From the NCBI GenBank assembly GCA_965202585.1, contig OZ241830.1:72726001-72790000 (forward strand): a DNA stretch of 64,000 nucleotides, written 5' to 3'. Every line of letters starts with the position of its first letter. Position 1 is the first letter of the stretch. The notes under the pieces are model-generated. The model saw nothing but the letters and a program-made list of their open reading frames with translations, did not search any database and was not told where the DNA came from. Below, in pieces: positions 24,801 to 36,314 of this stretch. Position numbers and translations under genes: made by a program. The stretch comes from Thalia democratica. Lineage: Eukaryota.

Positions 24801-27800
24801 AAGTAAATACTTTCAAATCAAACGTATCAACTTTAAAATGTAGTAATACAAGATATTAACAACATTTAAAGCATTGTCAACAGTTTTTTATAGAAACTGT
24901 TTTGTAATAAAAAACGCTTAGTCTTAGGTAAGTCCATATTTTTACTTAAAATATATATCTATTTTTCCCACTTATGTATAACACAATTTCACTAATATGC
25001 TAGTTAAACGCTTATGAAACAAGTTTTTTAAGTACCATTAATTAGAGTTATTTTAAAATTAGTTCTACTTTTCCAAGAATTACATTAAAAATCTGAAACC
25101 TGAAGATCATTCAATAATGAATATTTGTATGATATTTATTTTATATGATCAATATTTTTACTTTTTATCACTATTCACAATTTTACTTCATGAATATTTA
25201 TTTGACGTCAAAAAGTTAAAAGTACTACTTTCATGCTACGAGGTCTCTTGTATGAAGCCTTATTTTTGTCTAATAAGATGTTTCCATCTTAATATTTATA
25301 CTAGCTTTAATGTTAATCATTTCTCTAGTATGTAGTTTTTTCTATTTAATAAGATATTTTTATAAAAATATCAATTTTTTTTAATAAACCACAGGAGCGG
25401 GTGGTAGCCAGCAATTATTGAGATTTTTATATATTTGATGAATTATTTTACGTTATACTTTTTTATTTATAATATATAAATACATATAATACAACAGGAG
25501 CGGGTGGTAGCCAGCGATTGACGAGAGCTGTTGGCAAGTCGCTCGCCATGGAGATGTGCCTCACCGGAAACCAGATCAACGCTAAAACCGCTCTCAGCGC
25601 CGGTTACTTTTTATTTTAATTTCATTATTTGCAATAAATATATATGTTTTTTTCTGTATTTTTTTAAATTTTATGATTAGTTATTACTCAACTGGTCAAA
25701 AATCAACGTTAAAACCGCTCTCAGCGCTGGCTAGTTGTTTGTTTCATGATATAATTAATTTTACGTAATTGTATAGTGATTCTATGTTTAAGTGTATTGC
25801 AGTTTAAGTATGAAGCTTATTTATTTTCTGAGTTATGTTTATAAATGTTTCTTCAAAATATTTGTTACACTTTTTACATTTATACCCCTTGTAAAAAACA
25901 CATGTTGTTATCACCTTTTTAAAACTAAAAGTTTTGTGGAATTTATAATTTTTGGAAGTATAGGTAACATTTTTTGAGTTTTTTTTAATGTTTTTTAATT
26001 TTTTTTTCAGAATTAGTGAGTAAGGTGTTCAGTAACGTATTATGAACAAAAATGATTAATTAAAAAAAATTAAATAGCTTAATTGTTCCTGAATAAAATC
26101 TTAATTATTTTCAGGATTGGTGAGTAAGATTTGCCCGAGAGAAGAACTTTTGGATGAGGCGATCAAAACAGCAGAGAAAATTGCCTCAAACTCAAAACTT
26201 ATTGTCGGACTTTGCAAGGAAGCTGTCAACACTGGTAAGTTTATTTTATTTGTTGTATTTTACAATTTGATAAACAATTTTTTTTAGAGACTCGATTGTA
26301 ACGATTTAATAATAACAATTTAAGAATTAAACTTTTTTTTGTTTTATAGTGTTTTTATGTCTTTGAAAATTGGAAAGCTGTTGATACTGGAATGTTGATT
26401 TTTGTTTTGATAAAACGTTTTCAGACACTCTGTTTTATTTTCCAACAAGTTAAAGAATTAACAGCCTTAAATATTAGAATAATTTTATGTCTCTATAAAA
26501 CAATAAGTTTAGTTTTAACTTAGAGTTTTGTAGAGAAAATCTTTAGAGTTTGTATATATAGGGGCTAAACTACATTTAGTTTGTTGTAGTGGAAATATAT
26601 AGTAAGTTGTTTTTACTATTTTAACTGTTTTTTAAACTTTGTTTTTTAAACTTTTTAAGTATGGTACGTTAATTAGATTGAATTTAATTTTGACAAGTAG
26701 TTTTTAATATTTTTAGAGACTATATTTTATCTGGAATAAGTTAAGAATATTTTAAATTTTTGAATGTTTTGTATGTTATTAAAAGTTTTATTTTGAGTCC
26801 TTATAGTTAACAAAAATTCCACAGTTACATTAAAATAAGATTTGAAAAAGTAATGTATGAAATTTAAATTTGTTTTGCCTCAAAATAACTCACAAAAAGT
26901 TTTTTTGCAAAGTTTATAAAAAACTTAACATCCAATTATTTTTTATACTGTTTAAAGGTTACAAATCTAAAAGATCTGATCTTTTGCTACCAGTTTTTAT
27001 CTGGCATAAAAAAATTAGTATTTTTTAAATACGTTTTTATTTATTCACTGTTGTTTTTACTAATAAAGTTCTTGATTTTCTGTAGCTGCCGAATGTCTTA
27101 AGAGTTTATAATTAAAAAAATTCTTCTAATTCATTCGAATTTTAAGGTCAAAGCTTAAATTGTTTTGATTCTGTTCATTTGTTAAATTTATTACAACTTT
27201 AAACAAATTCTAATATATTTATTATTTGTTTTATTGCCCATTTACTTACAGGGTTGCCACTTTACCTGGAATCCTGGAAAAACCTGGAATTTTTAAGAAT
27301 ATTAACATGTTCAGTAGTAAAATTTCGGTTTGACCCAAAAAATTTATCATATAGATAAAAAAAAGTTTGTCATCACCAAAAATTTTTTTACTTAAAAAAC
27401 ACATTTTAAGTAGCTTTACAATATCTTTTCAATCTTTTGTACTATTTATACAGTTTCTTACCTTAAATTTAACTTTAAACAAAAAATAGACCCAAAAATG
27501 TGTACTTTTAAAAACCTGGAAGAAATTTGAAAAACCTAGAAAAAAATTTGGAAAAACGAGTGGCAACCCTGTTACTTAGTTGTTTTATAAAATGTATTTA
27601 AATGTTCTTGTTCAATCAATGATGCATTTGTAAAATATGAATATTATTTTTAGCTTTCGAAACAACGCTGAAAGAGGGAAATCATTTTGAAAAGAAAATA
27701 TTCCACGCTACTTTTGCTACTGTGAGTTTTATTTGAAATATTTTATTTTATTAGTTGAACAAAAGTTTATTTTATTATTTTAAAACTTTTTAAAATCTTG

Positions 27801-28519
27801 ATAATACTTGCGTAGTTTTTTTGCAATATTTGCTTAGTATTGCAAAACTTTAGGCAAATTGTGTTGAAATATCATCTGTTTATATTTTCTTACTGAATTT
27901 ATTTAATTAAATGGTGTTAAACTTTTATACAAATTTCTCTTAATATTTTTAATAAATACTTGATATTAGCTGAATATCAGCTGATTAGTTTCAAATGTTA
28001 GAAAAATGTTTTAAGAATGCGGTCAACTGTTCTACCAAAAAATTGTTTTAAGCAATTTTTTAGAAATAAATATTTTTGACTTCTTTGTTTTTTATATTAA
28101 ATATATAAAAATTATATAGCATAAATATAATCAAACACCTGATATCTTTAAAGGTTTAATACGGTATAAACAAAAGTTTTGATATTAATTATAATATATT
28201 TTTGCTTACTTATTGTTTTTCGTATCTTACTAAAATGTAACAAAAAAAAAACGAAGAAGCTATAAAAAAAATTTTTATTTACTAGATCAATAAACCTCGG
28301 ATAACATTTTTTTTTTAATACTAGGCGTTATAATTTTTATAATAAAAAAGGCATACTAAAAGTATTTCTACTTGATATTTAAATAAATCATTCTTAAGTA
28401 CAAAATTTAAATATTTTTTTGATAAGTTAATTTATTTTTACACTTTTTTGCAGGCTGATAGAAAAGAAGGAATGTCTGCATTCGTTGAAAAAAGAAAGGC
28501 AAACTTTACTGACCAATAA
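18812..28519 (+). CDS. ECHS1: Mitochondrial short-chain enoyl-CoA hydratase, 8 exons: 18812-18899, 20548-20742, 22382-22509, 24399-24498, 25498-25602, 26115-26234, 27654-27721, 28454-28519 (870 nt, 289 aa)
   Basis: All introns are GT-AG with consistent phases. N-terminal basic/Ser-rich transit peptide [29 protein letters not shown]. Crotonase motifs [82 protein letters not shown], and C-terminus [20 protein letters not shown]. Confidence 0.96.
19245..20570 (+). repeat. Tandem array of ~161-bp units, each containing a copy of the ECHS1 intron1/exon2 junction
   Basis: ttgc(t/a)gacac(a/g)tac(g/a)agaacatcatag recurs at about 19253, 19412, 19574, 19735, 19896, 20056, 20221 and 20382, then as the true acceptor at 20547. 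Confidence 0.95.
22741..22896. mobile_element. MITE with TIR TAGTGATCTACC(A/G)GATCC
   Basis: Starts tagtgatctaccagatcc and ends ggatccggtagatcacta. Imperfect flanking repeat (atcctcag/accccag). Related decayed pieces at ~12960-13160 and ~35690-35830. Confidence 0.75.
23503..23670. mobile_element. Small non-autonomous DNA element (Mutator-like?), same family as 57222-60739
   Basis: Shares the internal actatcactgttacccctaacccttaccc(t/c)ggtcgg with 60413-60448. Imperfect TIRs and a near-9-bp flanking repeat (tactgaaaa/acttgaaaa). Confidence 0.5.
27249..27571. mobile_element. MITE with TIR CAGGGTTGCCAC and apparent 7-bp TSD
   Basis: Starts cagggttgccact and ends agtggcaaccctg; ttactta on both sides. 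Family relatives at 38799-39005, 56566-56856, ~43720-43917 and ~62525-62600. Confidence 0.8.
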
Positions 28520-31500
28520 ATAAACAAAAAGTTAATTATTAATTAGCTTCATCATTGTTGATACTGTTACAATGATGAAATAGCGTTTTTGTATTTATTT
28601 CTGTATGAATTATTTTTCCACCCTGTTTTAATTCAAATCTATCTTAGTCAATAAATTAGTTTTAGGTTTGTGATTGGGTTTTTATCGTATTCAAAATTGC
28701 AACTTAGCTTAAATTTATAATTACTGTGTTTAGATTTTTTAAAGCTTAAAAAACACAAGATAAGTTCTTGTATTTAATAAAGATTTTGAAATTGTATTCC
28801 ACAACAGAAAATAATTATTTCTAAAATAAATCAAGTTGAAATATTCTGTCACGCTTTTTTAAGAAAGCATTATAATTAGTAATAAAATATTTTAACTATT
28901 TTAATAATATATTCATGCTTATAGTTATTATTAAAACTCTTAAAGCTTAAAACTGACTTTAAAACATTTGTTTAGCTGATTTCATCTAATTTGTCGTAGG
29001 GACTACTATTAATACAACTCAAAAGTTTAAAACAGTGTTAATAAATAGTTTCCTTAATAAAGAAAAAAAAAATACTTAAAAAAAACTAAACAGACTTATT
29101 AGTAGTGTAATAATAAAATGTCTATTAAACATGATACATTTGAACTGACTACTACTATAAGACTATCTAGATATGAGCTAGATTAAGTTGAAATGTAGTT
29201 TCAAAAAAAGTTTTGTCTTTCTTGAGGAAAGGGTGATTAGCTGAAATAATTTTGCCTAGGCCATAACAAAATGAAGTAGTGCTTTACTGGTCATAGTATT
29301 TACATATATTTCTTACTTGAAAATATCACTTTTGTGACATAGAGAAATGTTTTCTAAAAATTGAAACACCCGTTAAATTTTCACCTACAAGCTGAAAAAG
29401 ATCTTTTATTAGGAAAAAATGAACTTGACTCTTCTGAATTAGTAAATTTTAAATGTACGACAAAAAAAATTTTGTTGAAAAGGTCGGCCAGTAACTGGAA
29501 ATAGAAACACAAAAATACTTGAAAATTAGTGGTCAAAAAGCAAAAAAATCTTAAGCTGCAGAACAAATTTGAAAGTTCTGTGTGTAATTGAAGTCATGCC
29601 AGTTGGCGCGAAGAAATTTGTAATATTTTTGCATGTATCAAATTTGGATGTCTTCAGAATAAAAAAAAATCAATTTGAAAATAACCGTGTCAAATTATAA
29701 ATTTTTGTGTTCTTTTTTTTGTAAATATGTTTTGTTCATTTAGTGTAAATTAATCAGTTTGATAAAGTTTGTATGGATAAGAATTATTTGTATTTTCAAA
29801 CTTTATTATTAACCTGCTAAATCTTTGAAGATTGTCAAAATCGGCTAACTTAGACAATATTAAAGTATAAGTAAAAATAGCTCTTTGATTTTATAAACTA
29901 CAAAAACAGCAAAAAAAAGTCTATAATAGTAGTTTTCTAACTTACATACACTGTTTTAGCTGAAGCGATATAACACCTACCCTTTATTTATTTTTTTCTT
30001 AAACGTTAGTTTTTAACTATTACTTTATCATTCAATAACTATCAAAACTCTGATTTCTAAATGACCGGACAAGCAAAAGTATGAAATTTTAAGTAAACTA
30101 TTGTTTCAATAACTGTTATATTTAAGTTTGATTGTAAATAAAAACCCAAGTAGAAATGTGTTAGGTGGTTGTATACATAAGTCATAATAGATCGTCAGTG
30201 CTCTAAATAAAAAAGTATTATTTTATTTGAACAATATTTTCTACTTAATGCATTGAGGAGCTTTTTGTGAAAAACTTAGCTGAAAAAAAACATCTGAGTT
30301 TTATAAATCTAAACCTTAATTAAAACCGACTCAAAAGTACATAATCAGAAATTTGAAACTATTTAAAACTAAATTCAAACAGACCCTGAAAAAAAGATGG
30401 ATTGCAAAAGCAAACTTTTCTAAAAATTGTTGTTTTTAGTGATAATAAACTTTCTTAACAAGTGCATATTTGTATCAGTTTTCCTGAATTTTGTAATTAT
30501 TTTTCGGTTTTCTTGACTTTTCGGCAATCTTAAATTTAGTTTGCTACAATAGTTATCTAAGTTTGAAATTTCCATCTTAAATCGAAAGTGTGATTAAATA
30601 TGCAATAAAAAAGCATTTGTTATTACTAATTTTTAAAATAAGAGCATAGTTGTGAATTTCAGCTGAAATTAATTTTATATTGTTATGTCTGTATGTTTTC
30701 AGAAAAAGAGTGCACCGCGGGTCGTATTACTTGCTATGCGGGCCGGAGTTTGTTGACCACTACGCTAAATCGTTATTTATGCAGATTGTTGTTATTATGA
30801 GTAAGAGGTGCAAACACATTTGCTAAAAATTAGCGCGTTGGATGCTGATCATAACATGTTTAGTGTTGTTTTAAAATCTGTGTTTTAACACTTTTTTAAA
30901 TATTTGTTTGTTTAAAAGCTTCGTTGAAATTAATAAAATCAAGCTTAAAATTCACACAGCTTGACTTTTAACTTAAAAAAAGTCTTTTTTAATGTCATCA
31001 TATTAATTTGCCTTTAGTTACTACCAAAAAAAACTTCAGTTGAAATTAAATTTTGTTAGCTGATTTTAAAGTATTTTAATTTTTTAAATATGCATATGTG
31101 TAAAATTTTTATTAATTTCATAAAAACGACCTCTAAAATCTTCATACTTTAGCTTAAGAAAAACCTAGGGTTAGTGATCATGCTAACAAAATTAAGACTT
31201 AAACATTCGCCTACTGTTTAAATATTTATGCTTTTTATTAACATAATATTTTTTGCTTCTTATAAAACATTTCAGACACTTTTTATCTGTTTTAAACAGC
31301 TATCATAATTAAAAAAGGTTCAATATACAGAGAATTTAATAAAATGAACGAACTTATAAAAATAAAAAGAATTTTGAACGCAATTTTTAAAGCAATAAAA
31401 CAATATTGATAAAATTGTATTTGGCTAGCTGTAAATACAAAACTAGTTTAATGAATCAAAATAATTTACAAAAAAAACTATTGTTTGAACATGATTTGTG

Positions 31501-31726
31501 AAATTTATGAACATAATTAAAGTAAAATAGTATTTATAAGTGTACTTATGAATACTCTTTACTGACTGTAAATATAAAAACGTTATCAGGATTTTTTTGA
31601 AGACCAACCAGAAAAACCTCCCTAAATACGTAGCAATCAAATGAACCGTACATTTTTGTTTTTAACAAAAAAACTTTACAATGTTGCCATATTCCTATCA
31701 ACATTAAGCAGTAAAACGCAAGCAAG

Positions 31727-32812
31727 TTATTTACTCATTTCGTCAAGGTACCAGCCTGGCAAAAAAGCGTTTGCAGAATTTTTTTCGAGTTTCATTTCAA
31801 CAAAATCACTTTTAAACTCCCAACTCACCACGCAGCAGGTATCGATCTCGTCAACATTTTCCATCGCCTTCACAATTTCCCATAAAACGTTCCCAGTGAA
31901 CCGGACGCACTTTGCAGGGCTCCAAGGGAAACCCTCTAAATGCTGCCTAGCTAAACTTGGCAGCTCACCGACTTCGAACTTCTCAAGTGACCTGACCAGT
32001 CCCTTTTCGTCTCTGAACCCGCAAACTATAGCTGGTGTTCCGCTCAAATAAGCCTCAAGCCACCAATTTAGCAACTTACTGCGAAAAAAAAGTTGCTCTT
32101 GTTTGAAACAAGTCATAATTTTGGTCGTTTTCAACTCGATATGGTTAGCCGGAGAGCCAATAAATCCCTTACCCTTGTCCACACAGTCAATTTGTGTCCC
32201 GAAAATTATCGGCAAATTGTCGCCGAATCGGGACGAAATTACAGAAAAATATGCTTCTTTGGTGTTGACCACCCTCTCTTGCCGTTTTTTGACGTCCATT
32301 TTCGTGTCGTTGCACGGTGCGGTCACGTACTTTTCAAACTTGAGGCCCCAATATCGGTGCGGTTGGTACTGTAAACAGTCGTTATCAGGCGCATGTATGT
32401 CATTCAAGTAAACTACTCCTTTGAATTTCTGCGCTACCAGCACCCATGAATTTCTTGTCTCGTAGTTTGTGCGCATCAGTTTATCTAGACATCTGCGTTT
32501 TGTCACTATCTGATTCGTCGAAGGGCTGAATTTGTCTCTGTTCGCCAAAATCCAGTTCAGCATGGTTCGGAGCCGGCCCTTTTGGTTGGGGTCTCTTATT
32601 ACGAACTGTGTTCGGAAACCGTGATTCAGGTCGAACGGTTCATCGAGGACGATTCGCTTCCAGTCGTTGCGTTTTGTTTTCGGCGGGGCAAAGTAGCTCA
32701 TCTCCTGGTTGCTGTCCCTGAACCTTTGGTTTTCGTCGGTTGAGAACCTGCCCACTTCAACCGGCTGCTGGTACGTCTGTTTTTTCTCGTTGAGTTCTTT
32801 TATGCTGAACAT
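31727..32812 (-). CDS. DXO: Intronless DXO/Dom3Z/Rai1-family decapping 5'-3' exoribonuclease-like protein (361 aa), divergent active site
   Basis: Motifs VGRFS..., RRCLDKLMRTNYE, YWGLKFEKYV, VNTKEAYFSVISSRFG, FGTQIDCVD, IELKT and KLLNWWLEAYLSGTPAIVCGFRD align in order to the DXO motifs WRGHLTKLLTTPYE, YMGYKFEQY, VNTNVAFCSVLRSRLG, FSGEVDC, VELKT and KLLKWWAQSFLPGVPNVVAGFR. Candidate acceptor tttcgcag ends 9 nt before the ATG. May be a paralog rather than the ortholog. Confidence 0.88.
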   Translation of the reverse strand: MFSIKELNEKKQTYQQPVEVGRFSTDENQRFRDSNQEMSYFAPPKTKRNDWKRIVLDEPFDLNHGFRTQFVIRDPNQKGRLRTMLNWILANRDKFSPSTNQIVTKRRCLDKLMRTNYETRNSWVLVAQKFKGVVYLNDIHAPDNDCLQYQPHRYWGLKFEKYVTAPCNDTKMDVKKRQERVVNTKEAYFSVISSRFGDNLPIIFGTQIDCVDKGKGFIGSPANHIELKTTKIMTCFKQEQLFFRSKLLNWWLEAYLSGTPAIVCGFRDEKGLVRSLEKFEVGELPSLARQHLEGFPWSPAKCVRFTGNVLWEIVKAMENVDEIDTCCVVSWEFKSDFVEMKLEKNSANAFLPGWYLDEMSK

Positions 32813-35612
32813 TATTTAAATCTGCGAAAGTATGTGTTGATTTTTAACTCAAAAACAAAAATTTCTTAGCTAAAAATATCAAAAACTTAAAACTTTACAA
32901 AATTCCAAAAACAATTAAGCTTGTTCTACATTTTGAACAAACTGTTTGATTCCGGTTCTTTAACTTAGACCATTTTTTTCAAAATGTTGATTTTGGTTAT
33001 GAGGAGGTGATAAAGTAAATGGGTAATCGACTAGTAAAGAAGCGGTATATAATAAATAATAATATTATTTTTAATTCTACCAAGGAGCTGATTGTGAACC
33101 TGCTATTTTAGGAACTATTCAAATTTTACTTCTTTGTTCGATTTTTTATGCTTATTAGTTAGCTTACGCAGTAGTTTATCTAAAAAAATAAAAAATTATT
33201 ATTAAATTACACAAACAAGAGAGATACCAGTAAATTACTGTATATGTTTAAAAATATAAATAATACCTAGTTTTTGTTTTATGTTTTCTTACCTAGTAAT
33301 TTTTTTTTAACAAATAGCATTAATTTGTAGAAACATTTTGGGATTGAAAGTATAATGTTTATAAAACATATCTAGCTGCTATAAAATTTTTAATTTATTT
33401 AAATTCAAGCAAAAAAAATATGTAAAAGACTTTAATAAAAGTAAGCTTTGTCGAAATGATATTATTTACAAGCTTCAAACCGTAGTTTTACTTTTTTTCA
33501 AATTTTTTATAGGCGAGTTTGAAAATGTTATAACTACCAAACATTGTCTTATTTCTTTTTTTTAATTATAAGCTTTAAAAATAAAACTTTTTACCAACAG
33601 TAAGTTTAAATTATACTTAAACATCAATATGTTTCATAACTAACAACGATACATGGTTTTTATTTTCATTAGATAACAACAAAGTCGTTTATACGAGTTA
33701 TCACATGACTCAGTAGTAAATTAACACAGTTTGTTCCTTCAATGCTGTAGAAATACAGACAAAAGTAATACTTAGAACAAGCAACTTACCAGTTTGAAAT
33801 ATTAATATCAAGCTCAAATTTAAATCAAAGAAAAACTATATAATGACTTTACTTGTAAAGCTTTTAAAAAACATAAATTGCAATTAAATTCGAACAATAC
33901 TTGAATTTTCACAATGTTCACCATCCAAATAAACTGAGCAAAGTAGCAAGTGGTCAACAGAAAATTTTCAATTTGATTATGCATTCACGATAATATATTA
34001 GTAGGTAAAAAACAAAAAAAATCTTCAAAAAAAACGATAGAAATGAAAACTAATAACTTTTAAATAATGAAATTGATAAATACTTTATGTTTTTTTTTCA
34101 GTAAAATTACTATTATTATTACAAAATATGTAATTCGAGTTATTGTTTGTAGTACTAGTTTAAAGTTTTTCATAATCTATCTAGCTATTGTAGTATTTTT
34201 AAACATCAAGAAAAAATTGATAAAAAATCTAATACTAGTAACCTCATTAACTTATTTGTAATAACTAGTACTACATAAACTTACCTTAAACAACATTTTT
34301 TTTTCATTTTAAACTACTTATAAAACCTTCACGTTGAAATTGTTATTAGTGTAATGAAAGCTTTTAGTTTTTTTATTTGTCAAATTTGTCCACTTCTTTT
34401 TACATTGACAATGGACATGAAATTTTAAAGCTCTAAAACTAGATTTATATGATACAACCATAATAAAACACTTTTACATCTTCCGAGTATTTGTTAAACC
34501 ACAACAATTACCGTTTCTTTTGTAATTTTGAGAAAACAGAAATCAACTCCCATAACTTTATCAATAAATAATTTCATAGATAACTCTTTCAACATTGCAA
34601 AAATACGCAAACTTTTTTCAACATTGCAGAAATACGTAAGTTTGTTTCTTACGTAAGCAAAAAGCTTTTAAACGATAATTTTAAGTATAGAAGTTTAAGT
34701 AATTTATTTGCTAACTAAAATCTAAAAGCTTTTGTAACTTTATTTAATTTTTGTTTCAAAAAAACTTTGTTTAGTTTAAATACTTTCAACTTATTTTCAA
34801 CTCTTTTTAAAAGAACACTTGTGAATTTATGAGCAAACAACTCATAAAACAATTTAATAAAGCCATAATTATTTCTAAGTATCATTTTTTAATAAGTTTG
34901 CATAAACGATGTCTTAAGTCATATTTAAATTTGATAAAGCTCAAAAATAATTTGAATGTGAACCAAAAATTTAAAGCACTATTTTTATATAACATTAACT
35001 AATTTTTTCTGTAAAACAACTGCTGTTTTTCAGCAAAAATCGTAGCTAACTGGATTTTAACTCACTTTTATCACAAAACAGAAAACCTTAATAAAAGTTG
35101 TGTTTAAAAACTTAGATTTTTTAATATATATGCTTAGACTTAACAAAAAGTATAACAACTTTACTTGTTACTTTTAAAAGAGAAAAATTGTAATAATATT
35201 TTTGAACTGTATTTTATTAACAACTAATCTACTTCCTTTGAAACAATTAAAAATAAAATACGCATTACATAAATGAAATTCATATTCAATAAAACTTTTT
35301 AACCATTTCATTAGTATATGTTGTACTAAAAACACATAATTTTTTTATTACTCAGTCAGAAAACAGCAACTAAACTCCCAACAAGATATTTAATATAAAA
35401 AATCTTTCAGTACTTCATAAATTTGACAACCAAGTTAGTTACAATATTTTTACAAGCAAGCTAGTATTTAAAAAATTTAAACCAACTCTTATAAGTAATC
35501 AAGTTTGTAACATTTAATTGCAGATAAAAAATTAAACTTCTTAAAATTTTGAATCGATAAAAATGCAAAGTTTAAACTTAACTTGAACTTAAATTTACCT
35601 TAAGGTTTAAAA

Positions 35613-36314
35613 TAGGGGTGGGCAACGTTTTTCAATCAACGAGCCGGATCCGGATAAATTAAGTCTTTTGCGGGCCGGAGCATTTCGAACTAGTGATTTA
35701 CCAGATCCAGTATCTGGATCCAGCCGAAATATGGATTTTTTGATCTGAATCCGACTGGATACTAATTTTAAGTCGAGGTCAGGATCCGGTCGGATTTTAA
35801 TTTTTTTAAAAGTTTTGGATCCGGCCGGATTCCAATTTTATAGATACAATTGATCACTTTTTTGAATCCTTCAAATTCAGAAAAATTTCTCAAGTCTGAC
35901 AACTTAAGATGTAGATTGAGACGTGTCAGATGTTTAAATAATGTCTATAAATAGAATTGACATCGTAATTGACAAATATCGTACTTTAAGAAATACTTTG
36001 CTTGGGTTAATTTGGCACAAAGATATTCCAACTAAGTTAGAAAAACACAAAATATTAGGACAAAATGGTGTATTTATTGGTATACATTAATTAATAAAGT
36101 CATTTTTTAGCATCTTTTTAAAGTCAAATTCTTACAGTTATGTTTTGAAAAAGTATTATAAAACGTTTTATGATACTTTTGTAATATTAACCCTTCGCGG
36201 ACTTGTCACTTTGCTCGCGGGCCGGATCCCATTAAAGTTAGAAGACGGTCGAGGCCGGTCATTTTCACTCTGCGGCCCGGATCCGGCCCGCGGGCCGTAC
36301 GTTGCTCACCCCTA
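35613..36314. mobile_element. hAT-type non-autonomous element, 702 bp, 8-bp TSD GTTTAAAA
   Basis: TIR taggggtgggcaacg / cgttgctcaccccta; gtttaaaa on both sides; subterminal gcgggccggatcc repeats; carries an internal GGATCC-rich MITE remnant. Confidence 0.88.

Noticed and set aside
31641-32411. + strand ORFs of 136, 93 and 102 aa
   Set aside because: Antisense shadows of the DXO-like CDS.
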